Assembly (NCBI GenBank): GCA_965223705.1
Contig: OZ245015.1
Location: 4,416,001-4,480,000 of the forward strand
DNA length: 64,000 nucleotides
DNA from: Myxococcota bacterium
GTDB lineage: Bacteria; Myxococcota_A; UBA9160; UBA6930
Direction: 5' to 3'
Below, piece by piece: positions 38,665 to 47,868 of this stretch. Below the pieces are notes generated by a model. It was given only the letters and a program-made list of their open reading frames with translations. It did not search any database and had not been told where the DNA came from. The translations under genes and the position numbers were made by a program. Positions within the stretch are counted from its first letter, which is position 1. Every line of letters begins with the position of its first letter.

Positions 38665-39803
38665 GCGACGGCCTCGGTCACGCGAGCGTGGAAGTGGGCG
38701 AGGGCCGGCTCGTTGCGGCCATACAACACGTGCTCTTGCGCGCCGGAATAAAAGCCGCGTTGAATTTCCTCGCCGATCGGGAAATCCTCATCGACAACGG
38801 TTCGGATGAGCAGGTCCATGTTGCGATCCCAATGCCGTCGAGCGCTTTCGGTCGTCGCTTGCTCCGGCGTATACAGTGAGATCACCATCTCGGTGGTGTT
38901 GACGTCGAGAGCATCGGGAAACACGCGCCACGTCTCCACGTGATCGCCCTGCATCACGAATACGGTATTCGGGAACAAGACGTACACCATCGCCGTCTCT
39001 TCGATCAGGTTCCACTCGTCACGGGGTCTGTCGCGCAGCGATTCGACCGAGCGTCTTGCGTACATGTTGCGCAGGTGGGGCCCCATCGGATCAAAAGCGC
39101 CGACGTTGCCGTGAAGAATCGGAAACACCGTTTTTCGATGGAGTGCGCCCAGATGGTACGACTCGAGAAACGTGTCGACGACGAGCTTCCAGTTCATCGC
39201 CTTGCGCAACGTTCGGGTCTCGTAGTGATGGTAATTTTCGAGCGCGAACGACGCGAGATCAGGGGCTATGGGTCCGAGGAACGCGTCGAAATCGATCGAA
39301 GCGCCGACCGAGGGAACAACCCAGATAAGCCCATGACGCTCCACCAGGGGGAGCTCGGTCAGCGCTAAAGACGAGAAGTCGAGGCCGGCGAAGCCACTGT
39401 CGTGAGGGACGTGCGCGAGCTCTCCGGATCGGGTGTAGGACCATGCGTGGTACGGACACGTGATGCGCCGCTTCGCCTTGCCGCAGTCGCGCAGGAGCTT
39501 CGTGCCGCGGTGACGACAGACATTCGCAAACGCGCGCACCTCGCCGTCGTCGCTGCGCACGACGAGGATCGGAATGCCGGCGCGATCCTCGGTCAGGTAA
39601 GCGCCGGGCTCCGCGAGCTCGCAGGAGAGCCCCATCACCAGGGGCTGGTTTCGAAACAGGCGATCCCACTCGATCCGGAAACGATCGGTGTCGGTGTAGA
39701 CCTCGACAGGGTTTCGGTAGACCGCTTCCGCCATCGACGTTCCGCGCCGTTCGATCATGTCGAGAATTCGTTCGAGTTGTGAGACCTGTTCTGCCCGATC
39801 CAT
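38661..39803 (-). CDS. Aromatic ring-hydroxylating Rieske oxygenase alpha subunit
   Basis: CRH...CPYH Rieske site; NWK..VDTFLESYHLGALH and DEDF mononuclear Fe ligands. Confidence 0.93.
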   Translation of the reverse strand: MDRAEQVSQLERILDMIERRGTSMAEAVYRNPVEVYTDTDRFRIEWDRLFRNQPLVMGLSCELAEPGAYLTEDRAGIPILVVRSDDGEVRAFANVCRHRGTKLLRDCGKAKRRITCPYHAWSYTRSGELAHVPHDSGFAGLDFSSLALTELPLVERHGLIWVVPSVGASIDFDAFLGPIAPDLASFALENYHHYETRTLRKAMNWKLVVDTFLESYHLGALHRKTVFPILHGNVGAFDPMGPHLRNMYARRSVESLRDRPRDEWNLIEETAMVYVLFPNTVFVMQGDHVETWRVFPDALDVNTTEMVISLYTPEQATTESARRHWDRNMDLLIRTVVDEDFPIGEEIQRGFYSGAQEHVLYGRNEPALAHFHARVTEAVA

Positions 39804-39829
39804 GGCGGGAAGTATAGCCGGGCGGGGCC

Positions 39830-40636
39830 TCAGCCCCGGTACCGCGGGGCGATCAGCAAGCACTGGCGCACGGTGCCGAAGCGCCCATCGTCGTCGTAGA
39901 GTGACGCCGCGACCCAGCCGAGCCCGTCGTGATCGATCTCGGACGCGGAATCGACACCGATCCATTCGCCGACGGGTTCCCGCTGGAAATGGATCGTGAT
40001 ATCGGCGTTGATGTACCCGAAGGAGTCGCCGAGGAAGCGTTGCGACATGCCATTGGCGAAGTCCGACGTCGCTGCAGCGCGCACCCAGGCGGACGATTCC
40101 CGACCGGCGACGATGGCTTCGGGGATGCGCACCCAGCCGCACCCCTCTCCCTCGCCGGCGATACCGCGGATCCGGCGGAGCTCGATCATGCTGGCGAAAC
40201 CCGGGAGAGATCGACCCTTCGCTTCGTCCTCCTCGAAGAAAAGGTGCGTCGCCGGAAGCCCTTCGCGCGGCGGCAGCGACACTGCGCCGGCCCCTTCCAG
40301 CGGATTGTCGATTGTCTGGCGCGCCAGCGCGAGGACGTGTGCCCGGGCGAGCAAGCGACCGTCTTCGTCCCACAGGGACGCTTGTCGCACGTGCAATCGC
40401 CGCCCCGATCGCACCACTTCCGAGGTCGCCGAAAGTGGCGCCCTCGGCACCGGACGCAGCAGATCGACCTGCAACCGCGACCACCGGAAGCGCGGATCGA
40501 GCTCGGCGGACTCCAAGACATGGGCGAGCAGACCGGACACGGGACCGCCGTGGAGGGTCTCGGGTGACCACGGCCCGCCGGCGTGACGCGTGGGCCGAAA
40601 GAACCCGCCTTCCTCAACAAATACGCCTTCGCTCAT
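39830..40636 (-). CDS. Acyl-CoA thioesterase (TesB-like double hotdog)
   Basis: GPWSPETLHGGP, VDLLRPVP, SDFANG, INADITIH. Confidence 0.85.
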   Translation of the reverse strand: MSEGVFVEEGGFFRPTRHAGGPWSPETLHGGPVSGLLAHVLESAELDPRFRWSRLQVDLLRPVPRAPLSATSEVVRSGRRLHVRQASLWDEDGRLLARAHVLALARQTIDNPLEGAGAVSLPPREGLPATHLFFEEDEAKGRSLPGFASMIELRRIRGIAGEGEGCGWVRIPEAIVAGRESSAWVRAAATSDFANGMSQRFLGDSFGYINADITIHFQREPVGEWIGVDSASEIDHDGLGWVAASLYDDDGRFGTVRQCLLIAPRYRG

Positions 40637-40736
40637 CGCCCCGTCCCTTCGTCAGCTGATAAACTCGTCTGCTCTCCGCGAACGAAACTACCGATGCCGC
40701 ACCCGAGGAGCGAGTGTTTTGAGCAGCCTGCAGGAA

Positions 40737-41864
40737 ATGCGTTTCCCGAAAATCACCGAAGCCGGTCTGGATCAACTGCGCGAACGGATCGGCGTGAGAA
40801 TCGAAGACTCCCTCGAGCCGTGGTGTCACGAGGCGACCCGCGATGCGATTCGGCATTACGCCCACGGAATCGGCGACGACAACCCCTTATGGTGCGACCC
40901 CGAATACGCTGCGACAACACCCCACGGCGGGATCGTCGCACTGCCTTCGTTCGTCTTCCCGTGCGACCGCATCATCAGCGGCTACGTGGGCGGGCTGCCT
41001 GGAATCCACGCCATGTGGGCGGGCGCGAATTTCGAGTGGTACGACTGGATCCGCCGGGGGGATGAGATCCGGACCGAGGCGTACCTCAAGGAATTGATCC
41101 CTCACGAGACCCGTTTTTCCGGCCGCGCGATCCAGCAGATCTACCACGTCGATTTCTACAACCAACGAGACGTGTTGCTGTGCTCCGCCGACAGCTGGTG
41201 TTTTCGCACCGAGCGAGACACCGCCCGAGAAGAGGGATCGAAGTACAGCGAAGTCAAAGAGCGGGGCGAGCACGTCTACACCGCGGAGGAGCTCGCAGCG
41301 CACTACGCGCTCTACGAAGAGGAAGAAGTTCGCGGTGCGCGCACGCGATACTGGGAAGACGTCGAGGTCGGCGAGAAGTTGCCGCGGATGGCAAAGGGCC
41401 CGATGACCGTGACCGGTTTCATCGGGTACGTCCAAGGTTGGGGCGGCCTCTATATCCGCGCGAACAAACTCGCTTGGCAGCAAATTCGGAAACACTCGGG
41501 GCTGGGTATTCCGAACCGTTTCGGTATCCCAGACTGTCCGGAACGCGTTCACTGGGAAGAAGAGTTCGCTCTCCGCGTCGGCGCTCCGGGCGCGTACGAT
41601 TACGGCCCCGAGCGTTGTTCGTGGCTCATCCATCATTTGACGAACTGGATGGGGGACGACGGGTTCCTGGCGAAGTCGAGTTGCAAGATTCGACGGCATA
41701 ACCCGGTAGGCGATCTACTGACCATCGACGGACAGGTCACCGAGAAATTCGAAGCGGACGGGAAGGCGTTTGTCGTCATCGAGCAGCGCGCCGAAAACCA
41801 AAACGGTGAACTCTCCGTCCTCGGCGGGGGCACCGTTGCACTACCTCGCCGCAACGCCCACTAG
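40737..41864 (+). CDS. MaoC/FAS1-like double-hotdog dehydratase
   Basis: DAIRHYAHGIGDDNPLW, RYWEDVEVGEKLP, YDYGPER, WMGDDG (alternative TTG start 40719). Confidence 0.82.
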   Translation: MRFPKITEAGLDQLRERIGVRIEDSLEPWCHEATRDAIRHYAHGIGDDNPLWCDPEYAATTPHGGIVALPSFVFPCDRIISGYVGGLPGIHAMWAGANFEWYDWIRRGDEIRTEAYLKELIPHETRFSGRAIQQIYHVDFYNQRDVLLCSADSWCFRTERDTAREEGSKYSEVKERGEHVYTAEELAAHYALYEEEEVRGARTRYWEDVEVGEKLPRMAKGPMTVTGFIGYVQGWGGLYIRANKLAWQQIRKHSGLGIPNRFGIPDCPERVHWEEEFALRVGAPGAYDYGPERCSWLIHHLTNWMGDDGFLAKSSCKIRRHNPVGDLLTIDGQVTEKFEADGKAFVVIEQRAENQNGELSVLGGGTVALPRRNAH

Positions 41865-41873
41865 GAGTCTTTC

Positions 41874-42983
41874 ATGACGTTCGATTTTATGTCCCTCTCT
41901 CCCGAGCGCGTGCGTTCGGGACTCGGTATCGCGAGCACCGTCGCCGAGGAAGTCGATCGCGTGGGCGGCCAGCGCGCATTGATCATCACGGGCAACACCC
42001 TCGCGAACAAGACGGACCTGGCGAATCGCCTCAAAGGGCATCTCGGCGAGCGATGCGCCGGCATCTTCGACGGTTCGAAGCAACACGTCCTCGCATCGAG
42101 CGTCGACGACGCAGTTTCCGAGTTCGACCGCACCGGTGCCGACGTCCTCATCTCCTTCGGCGGGGGGAGTCCGATCGATACGGCGAAGATGGTGGCCTAT
42201 CGGCGCCTCCAATCCGGAACATCGGTGCCCCCGCATATCGCGATCCCCACCACGCTGTCCGCCGGAGAGTTCACGCATGCCGCGGGCATGACCGACGAGA
42301 AGACCCGGGTCAAGGGCGTGTATTTCGGCATCGAACTCATGCCGCGCACGGTGCTCCTCGACCCGGAAGTCACGGTGGAAACGCCGGATTGGCTATGGGG
42401 TGCAACCGGGCTTCGGGCCATGGATCACGCGGTCGAAGCGATCTGGGCGAAGCCCCCCCATCCACTGGTGTCGACGTTGGCGCTTCGCGCCGCGCACGAC
42501 CTGCGGGAGTACCTGCCGCGATCACGGGACAAGAAAGATCTCGAGCTCAGGCTGTGCTGCCAACACGCGGCCTGGATGTCGATCTTCGGCCTGCTCAACT
42601 TGGGACTTCGGCTGACCCATCCGATCGGTCATCAACTCGGCGCGCGCTTCGACATTCCTCACGGCGTGACGTCTTGCGTGGTGCTGCCGGAAGCGATGCG
42701 ATTCTTCGCGGGCCGCACCGCCGGTGCCCAGGCAGAGATCGCGGAGGCCTTCGGTGTGGCGGAGGGCGATGAGGCGGCCTCCGCCGGCGCGGCCGCCGAC
42801 GCCATTGAGAAGCTCGTCTCGGATCTATCGCTGCCGAGCCGGCTTTCAGAGACCAGCGCGCGCGAGGACGAACTCGGCGAGGTCGCGGTATCGATCGCGG
42901 AGGAGCTCCGCGAATTCAATTCTCCCGACACGGATCTCGCGACCGCGGACGCGCTCGAGGCGCTCCTCCGGAAGGTCTGGTGA
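41874..42983 (+). CDS. Iron-containing alcohol dehydrogenase (maleylacetate reductase/HOT-like)
   Basis: GGGSPIDTAK, IPTTLSAGE, DHAVE, HPIGHQLG...PHG. Confidence 0.88.
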   Translation: MTFDFMSLSPERVRSGLGIASTVAEEVDRVGGQRALIITGNTLANKTDLANRLKGHLGERCAGIFDGSKQHVLASSVDDAVSEFDRTGADVLISFGGGSPIDTAKMVAYRRLQSGTSVPPHIAIPTTLSAGEFTHAAGMTDEKTRVKGVYFGIELMPRTVLLDPEVTVETPDWLWGATGLRAMDHAVEAIWAKPPHPLVSTLALRAAHDLREYLPRSRDKKDLELRLCCQHAAWMSIFGLLNLGLRLTHPIGHQLGARFDIPHGVTSCVVLPEAMRFFAGRTAGAQAEIAEAFGVAEGDEAASAGAAADAIEKLVSDLSLPSRLSETSAREDELGEVAVSIAEELREFNSPDTDLATADALEALLRKVW

Positions 42984-42984
42984 G

Positions 42985-44100
42985 CTAAGACGCGGCGAGC
43001 TTGTCGACGTCGATGTGGTAGAGCTCGGCGACGTTTCTGCACAAGATTGCTTCGCGCTGTTCCGCGCTCAGATGCTTCGAGTGCTCCGCGATGAGCTCCT
43101 GTGACATCGGCCACGTCGAGTCGCTGTGCGGGAAGTCGTTCGCCCACATCAAGCGGCGCCAGTTCATGGCGTCCGCGTCGCGGAACGCGACCCAATCGTC
43201 CTGGAACGTCAGATAGATGTGCTCGGCGAAGTATTCCGAGGGAAGCTTCTCGAGTTCCTCGCCCTTGTGCAGCCAAGCGCGGTGGCGCTTGTAGGCGTGA
43301 TCCATTCGGTACATGTAGTGCGGAACCCATCCGGCGTCCGCTTCGACACACACGATCTTGAGTTCGGGGAAGCGCTTGAAGACGCCGCCGAAAATCAGCG
43401 TCCCCATGATGTCCTGATTGCCCCGGATGATGCTCATGAAGTTGTTCATGCGCGGTCCGCGCGTCTGCACACTGTCTCGCGTTGTCAGGATGTGGAACGA
43501 GAGCGGCATGTCGAGCTCGATCGCGGTCTCCCAGAATGGATTCCAAACCGGGGAATCGAAATCTTCGCCCTGGGGATTTCCGGAAACCATGACGCCGGGC
43601 AGACCGAGTGCGTGGATATTCTTGAGATCCTGCACGCCGTCTTCGACCGAGCGCAGCGCGGTCTGTCCGCAACCGAGCAATCGCGTCGGGTCGTACTCGC
43701 AGTAGGCCGTGATCCAGCGGTTGTACGCGTCGAAACACGCCTGTTTGTAGTCGTAGTCTTCGTGGTTGCAGATCATCATGCCGACGGTCGGGTAAATGAT
43801 CTCCGCGTCGACGCCGTCGCGAATCTGGTCTTCCCGACGCGCCGCAGGATCCCAGCCACTGCGGTGCAGCTCCTCGAACTTGACGCCGGTCATCCTGAGC
43901 TGCTCCGACGGGACGCCAGCCGCAGCCACGAGGCCCATGGGGATGGGCTTCTTCATACCCTCGACAAAAAACAGGTCGCCCTTCTCGCCGCAATTTCTCA
44001 GCTGCGGAGCTTTGTCCTTCCACTTCGCATCGATGAAATCGACGTAGGTCGACGGGTGCTCGGTGATGTGCGAATCCGCGGAAATAATCGGGTAGCTCAC
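42985..44100 (-). CDS. Amidohydrolase family 2 protein
   Basis: ISADSHITE, DGVDAEIIYPT, SFHILT, WANDFPHSDSTWP. Confidence 0.9.
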   Translation of the reverse strand: MSYPIISADSHITEHPSTYVDFIDAKWKDKAPQLRNCGEKGDLFFVEGMKKPIPMGLVAAAGVPSEQLRMTGVKFEELHRSGWDPAARREDQIRDGVDAEIIYPTVGMMICNHEDYDYKQACFDAYNRWITAYCEYDPTRLLGCGQTALRSVEDGVQDLKNIHALGLPGVMVSGNPQGEDFDSPVWNPFWETAIELDMPLSFHILTTRDSVQTRGPRMNNFMSIIRGNQDIMGTLIFGGVFKRFPELKIVCVEADAGWVPHYMYRMDHAYKRHRAWLHKGEELEKLPSEYFAEHIYLTFQDDWVAFRDADAMNWRRLMWANDFPHSDSTWPMSQELIAEHSKHLSAEQREAILCRNVAELYHIDVDKLAAS

Positions 44101-45773
44101 GCGCGGCCTCCTCGTAGCACCTGGCCCGGCAACGCGTCGGTCGCCTTCACGGTGTCTTGGTCGTCTTGGCGAATGACGGTGCCGTTTACAACCACCGCCT
44201 TGAAACCCTCGGCGTCTTCGACCAACCGGTCCGCGCCGCCCGGGAAGTCGTAGACCCTTCGCAAGCCTTTGCAGGTGACGCGATCGGCGTCGAACACCGT
44301 AATGTCGGCCGCCAGGCCTTCGGCGAGGCGGCCGCGCCCCTTGATGCCGAACAAGTCGGCGGGCTCACTGGTCAAGCGGCGCACCGCTTCCTCGACGGTC
44401 AAGTGCTTCTTCTCGCGCACCCATTTGCCGAGCAGTGTCGACGGGAGACCCGCGTCACACAGCTGACTTGCGTGAGCGCCGGCATCGGAAAGGCCGAGGA
44501 CCGTGCTCGGATGCCGCAGGAAATCCCCGACGGCGTCATCATCGGCGTTCGCTACGGGCATTCGGAAGCGGGCCTCGAGCTCGGTGTCGAGCGAGAGGTC
44601 GAGTGCCAAATCGACGGGATGGGTCCCGCGCTCTTCGGCGACTTCCGCCAACGTGCGCTCCTCGATGCTCTCGTCGGGCTCGTAACCGCTGATCGCCATC
44701 TGGTGGATGCGATCTTTCAACCGGCTGCCGTCGATGCGTTCGCGCAGCGCCTGGCGGAAAGAAGGATCTGCGTAGATCTCTTTCTTTCCGTCGAAATCCG
44801 CCTTGGAGACCGGCTTCATCACCGTCAGCGGTTCCAACGGGAAGGGCGCCTTGAACTGGAACTCGAACATCAGGGCCCGCGGCGTCACCTGCGGGTAGAC
44901 CGGAACGCCTTCCGCGTGAAGTGCCGCGTGCTGATCGAGGATCTCGCCGTGGGGTTGCTTCATGAACCCGGCCAGGAGCGCCGTCCATGTCACGGGCTTG
45001 CCGGTCGCCCGAACCAGCTCGGCGAACTGCGGCGTGGTCAGGCCGGGGCCGATGGTCGCTTGGATCAAACCGTGATCCACTTCTGTCAGTGCGCCGGCCA
45101 GCTCGAGAATCTCGTGATGGGAAGCGGCGCGGCTCGGCACAGGATTGCCGTCGTAGCCGACGTGCGTGACGGCTTTCGAAGTTGCGAAGCCGATCGCACC
45201 CGCGTCGAGGGCCTCGCGTACGAGGCGACGCTGTGCGGCGATCTCGTCCGCCGTAGCTTCGCGCGAGACCGCGTCCTCGCCGAGCACGTAGGTGCGCAGT
45301 GGCGTATGCCCGATCAATGCCGCGACGTTGATCGCCGTGCCTTGTTTGTCGAGAGCGTCGAGATACTCGGGGAAGGTCTCGAAGGGCCACGTTTCGCCGA
45401 GGCCCGCTTGCAGCGCCGACAGCGACATCCCTTCGACGTTCTCGAGGGTGCGCAACATCAGATCTCGGTGCTGCGGCAACGTCGGCGCGACGCCGAACCC
45501 GCAGTTGCCCATGACGACGGACGTGACGCCGTGCCACGGACTGACGGACAGCAGCGGATCCCAAAAGACCTGAGCGTCGTAGTGGGTGTGAATGTCGACG
45601 AAGCCCGGAGCGACTACGCAGCCGGTCGCGTCGATTTCCTTCGACGCTTCGCCCGGCACGTCTCCCAACGCGACGATCTTGTCACCGCGAATTCCGACGT
45701 CCCCCGGGCGGCCCGCCGCCCCGGTGCCGTCGACGAGTGTTCCGCCGCGAATCGCGAGATCGAGTTGAGACAT
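44097..45773 (-). CDS. N-acyl-D-amino-acid deacylase family amidohydrolase
   Basis: IRGGTLVDGTG, PGFVDIHTHYD, GNCGFG, SDAGAH. Confidence 0.9.
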   Translation of the reverse strand: MSQLDLAIRGGTLVDGTGAAGRPGDVGIRGDKIVALGDVPGEASKEIDATGCVVAPGFVDIHTHYDAQVFWDPLLSVSPWHGVTSVVMGNCGFGVAPTLPQHRDLMLRTLENVEGMSLSALQAGLGETWPFETFPEYLDALDKQGTAINVAALIGHTPLRTYVLGEDAVSREATADEIAAQRRLVREALDAGAIGFATSKAVTHVGYDGNPVPSRAASHHEILELAGALTEVDHGLIQATIGPGLTTPQFAELVRATGKPVTWTALLAGFMKQPHGEILDQHAALHAEGVPVYPQVTPRALMFEFQFKAPFPLEPLTVMKPVSKADFDGKKEIYADPSFRQALRERIDGSRLKDRIHQMAISGYEPDESIEERTLAEVAEERGTHPVDLALDLSLDTELEARFRMPVANADDDAVGDFLRHPSTVLGLSDAGAHASQLCDAGLPSTLLGKWVREKKHLTVEEAVRRLTSEPADLFGIKGRGRLAEGLAADITVFDADRVTCKGLRRVYDFPGGADRLVEDAEGFKAVVVNGTVIRQDDQDTVKATDALPGQVLRGGRA

Positions 45774-45789
45774 GGAAGCTCCTTCGTGA

Positions 45790-45821
45790 TGATGAATTCT
45801 AACATCAGTTCGAAAATGATG
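45790..45821. promoter_or_regulatory. Candidate operator overlapping the -10 element of the deacylase operon
   Basis: TGATG(45790)-N8-CATCA(45803)-N9-TGATG(45817); minus-strand TAGAAT at 45801-45796. Confidence 0.4.
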
Positions 45822-45885
45822 CTCGGCGCTCTCCCCGGAGAATAACCCGCTGGATCGAGGCGTTGGGTTGTTACGCTCCGGCGCG

Positions 45886-47757
45886 ATGGAACACTCGGGT
45901 GCGAGCTTCGTTTTTGCCCTGGCCCTCTGTGCCGGTGTGATGTGCCAGGTCGTTGCCAGGCACCTGCGGGTGCCGAGCATCGTCCTTCTGCTCGCAGCCG
46001 GCGTGCTGCTAGGCCCGGACGGAGCGGGCTGGGTGGTGCCCGAAGCACTCGGCGAAGGGCTGTTCCAGATCGTTCGACTCGCGGTCGCAGTCATCCTCTT
46101 CGAAGGGGGACTGAACCTCGAACTGCGGCGCCTGCGACGGGAAAGTGCACCGATCCGGATGCTCGTGACGGTGGGCGCCGTCGTGACCGGCTTGGGCGGC
46201 GCACTCGCGGCGCGCGTGTTCATGGATTGGAGTTGGTCCCTCGCGGCCCTGTTCGGGGCACTCGTGGTGGTGACGGGCCCGACCGTGATCAAGCCCCTCC
46301 TCCGCATCGCGCGCCTGCGTCCGCGGGTCGCGACGGTGCTCGAAGCCGAAGGCGTTCTGATCGACCCGGTGGGTGCGATCCTCGCCGCGGTCACGCTCGA
46401 AGTGATCCTCCAGGCGAGCGTCGACCCGCTCCTCGGCGGACTCTTCCAGCGCTTGGCGTTCGGCACCGCGGCCGGACTCGCGTTCGGGTACGTGCTGGCG
46501 GCATTGTTGCGTTCCCCGCGGATCATTCCCGAGGGCTTTGCGAACCTCGCCACGTTGGGCCTGGTTCTGGTTCTCTTCGAGCTGTGTGACCTCTACTGGC
46601 CAGAAACCGGCATCCTCGCCGTGACCGTCGCCGGTGTGGTGGTCGGGAATGCGAGAGCGAGTCGCATCTCGAAGGAGCTCGGCGAGTTCGAAGAGTTCCT
46701 CACGGTCGCGTTGATCGCACTCTTGTTCGTGCTGCTGGCGGCCGACGTCCGCCTCGCCTCGGTCATCGGTCTCGGTTGGCCCGGCGTCGCAACGGTCGCG
46801 ACGCTCGTCCTGCTGGTCCGTCCCCTGAACGTGCTGCTCAGCACCTACGGGTCCGAACTCGACGTGAAAGAGCGCGTGTTCTTGTCCTGGGTCGCTCCCC
46901 GCGGCGTGGTCGCGGCAGCCATCGCGTCTCTCTTCGCCGCGGTTCTCGAGGCGGAGGGCTTCGAAGGCGGCCGCGAGTTTCGCGCGCTGGTGTTTCTGAC
47001 GATCGGCGTCACGGTGATCCTTCAGGGAGGAACCGCTCCGCTGCTCGCGCGGGCTCTCGGCTTGCGCATGCCCGGGCGCGATACCTACGTGATCCTGGGT
47101 GCCGAAGAGCTCGCGCTCGCGCTGGGCGACGTCCTGCGCGCGGCAAACCTGCCGGTCACCTTCGTCGACAGCAATCCGAAGCACTGCCAAGCGGCCTCGG
47201 AGCGCGGCTTCACCGTCGTGTACGGCAACGCGCTGGCTTTCGCGACGCTCGCGCGCGCCCGACTCGAGCGGGCCCGCGCCGTGCTGGGGATCACGCCGAA
47301 CGACGAGGTCAACAGCCTCTTCGCCCGTGAGGCAACGGACGACTTCGGTGTCGAGAGTACGTACGTCGCCCGTTCTCGGGATCAGTCATCGGTCCGGGAG
47401 CGGATCCTCGAGAAGCAGGGAAGCCACGCACTGTTCGACGGACCGACCGACGTCCTGCGTTGGAATGTGCGATTTCGCCATCAACTGGGCGACGTGACGC
47501 GCTTCCGATTTGTCGGCACCTCCGAAGAGAGCGAGGAGAACGGTCGGCACGACGACGGCTATATCCTCTTGACGCGTCGCCGCGGCGAGGAAGTCGTTCC
47601 GATGCATATGGGGTTGGCGATTCGCGAAGGCGACGAAGCCGATGTCGCTCTGTTCCTGACCGAACGAGACGACATGATCGAGAAACTGCGACGAAGCGGA
47701 TGGGAAGCCGTGCGACCGACGGACGAGGCGTCGGAGGACGACTCCACGGCGGCCTGA
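45886..47757 (+). CDS. CPA1/NhaP-type cation:proton antiporter with C-terminal TrkA-N (RCK) domain
   Basis: ILFEGGL, TGPTVI, EGVLIDP, APRGVVAAA, VDSNP, VYGNAL. Confidence 0.9.
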   Translation: MEHSGASFVFALALCAGVMCQVVARHLRVPSIVLLLAAGVLLGPDGAGWVVPEALGEGLFQIVRLAVAVILFEGGLNLELRRLRRESAPIRMLVTVGAVVTGLGGALAARVFMDWSWSLAALFGALVVVTGPTVIKPLLRIARLRPRVATVLEAEGVLIDPVGAILAAVTLEVILQASVDPLLGGLFQRLAFGTAAGLAFGYVLAALLRSPRIIPEGFANLATLGLVLVLFELCDLYWPETGILAVTVAGVVVGNARASRISKELGEFEEFLTVALIALLFVLLAADVRLASVIGLGWPGVATVATLVLLVRPLNVLLSTYGSELDVKERVFLSWVAPRGVVAAAIASLFAAVLEAEGFEGGREFRALVFLTIGVTVILQGGTAPLLARALGLRMPGRDTYVILGAEELALALGDVLRAANLPVTFVDSNPKHCQAASERGFTVVYGNALAFATLARARLERARAVLGITPNDEVNSLFAREATDDFGVESTYVARSRDQSSVRERILEKQGSHALFDGPTDVLRWNVRFRHQLGDVTRFRFVGTSEESEENGRHDDGYILLTRRRGEEVVPMHMGLAIREGDEADVALFLTERDDMIEKLRRSGWEAVRPTDEASEDDSTAA

Positions 47758-47868
47758 CAGGCTAGCCCGTCGCAAGCGCGACGAGAAGACTTTTCAAACC
47801 CGTCGATTTGCCGTAGAACGGTCCTTCGCGCGTGTGTCAGCGTGACGCACGCGGGCCTAGGGGGGGCC

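Noticed and set aside
47758..47868. Rifamycin-associated element upstream of the helD-like gene
   Set aside because: Only a 6-bp hairpin (cgtcgc/gcgacg, 47768-83), more consistent with a weak terminator; it does not match the RAE palindrome as I recall it.
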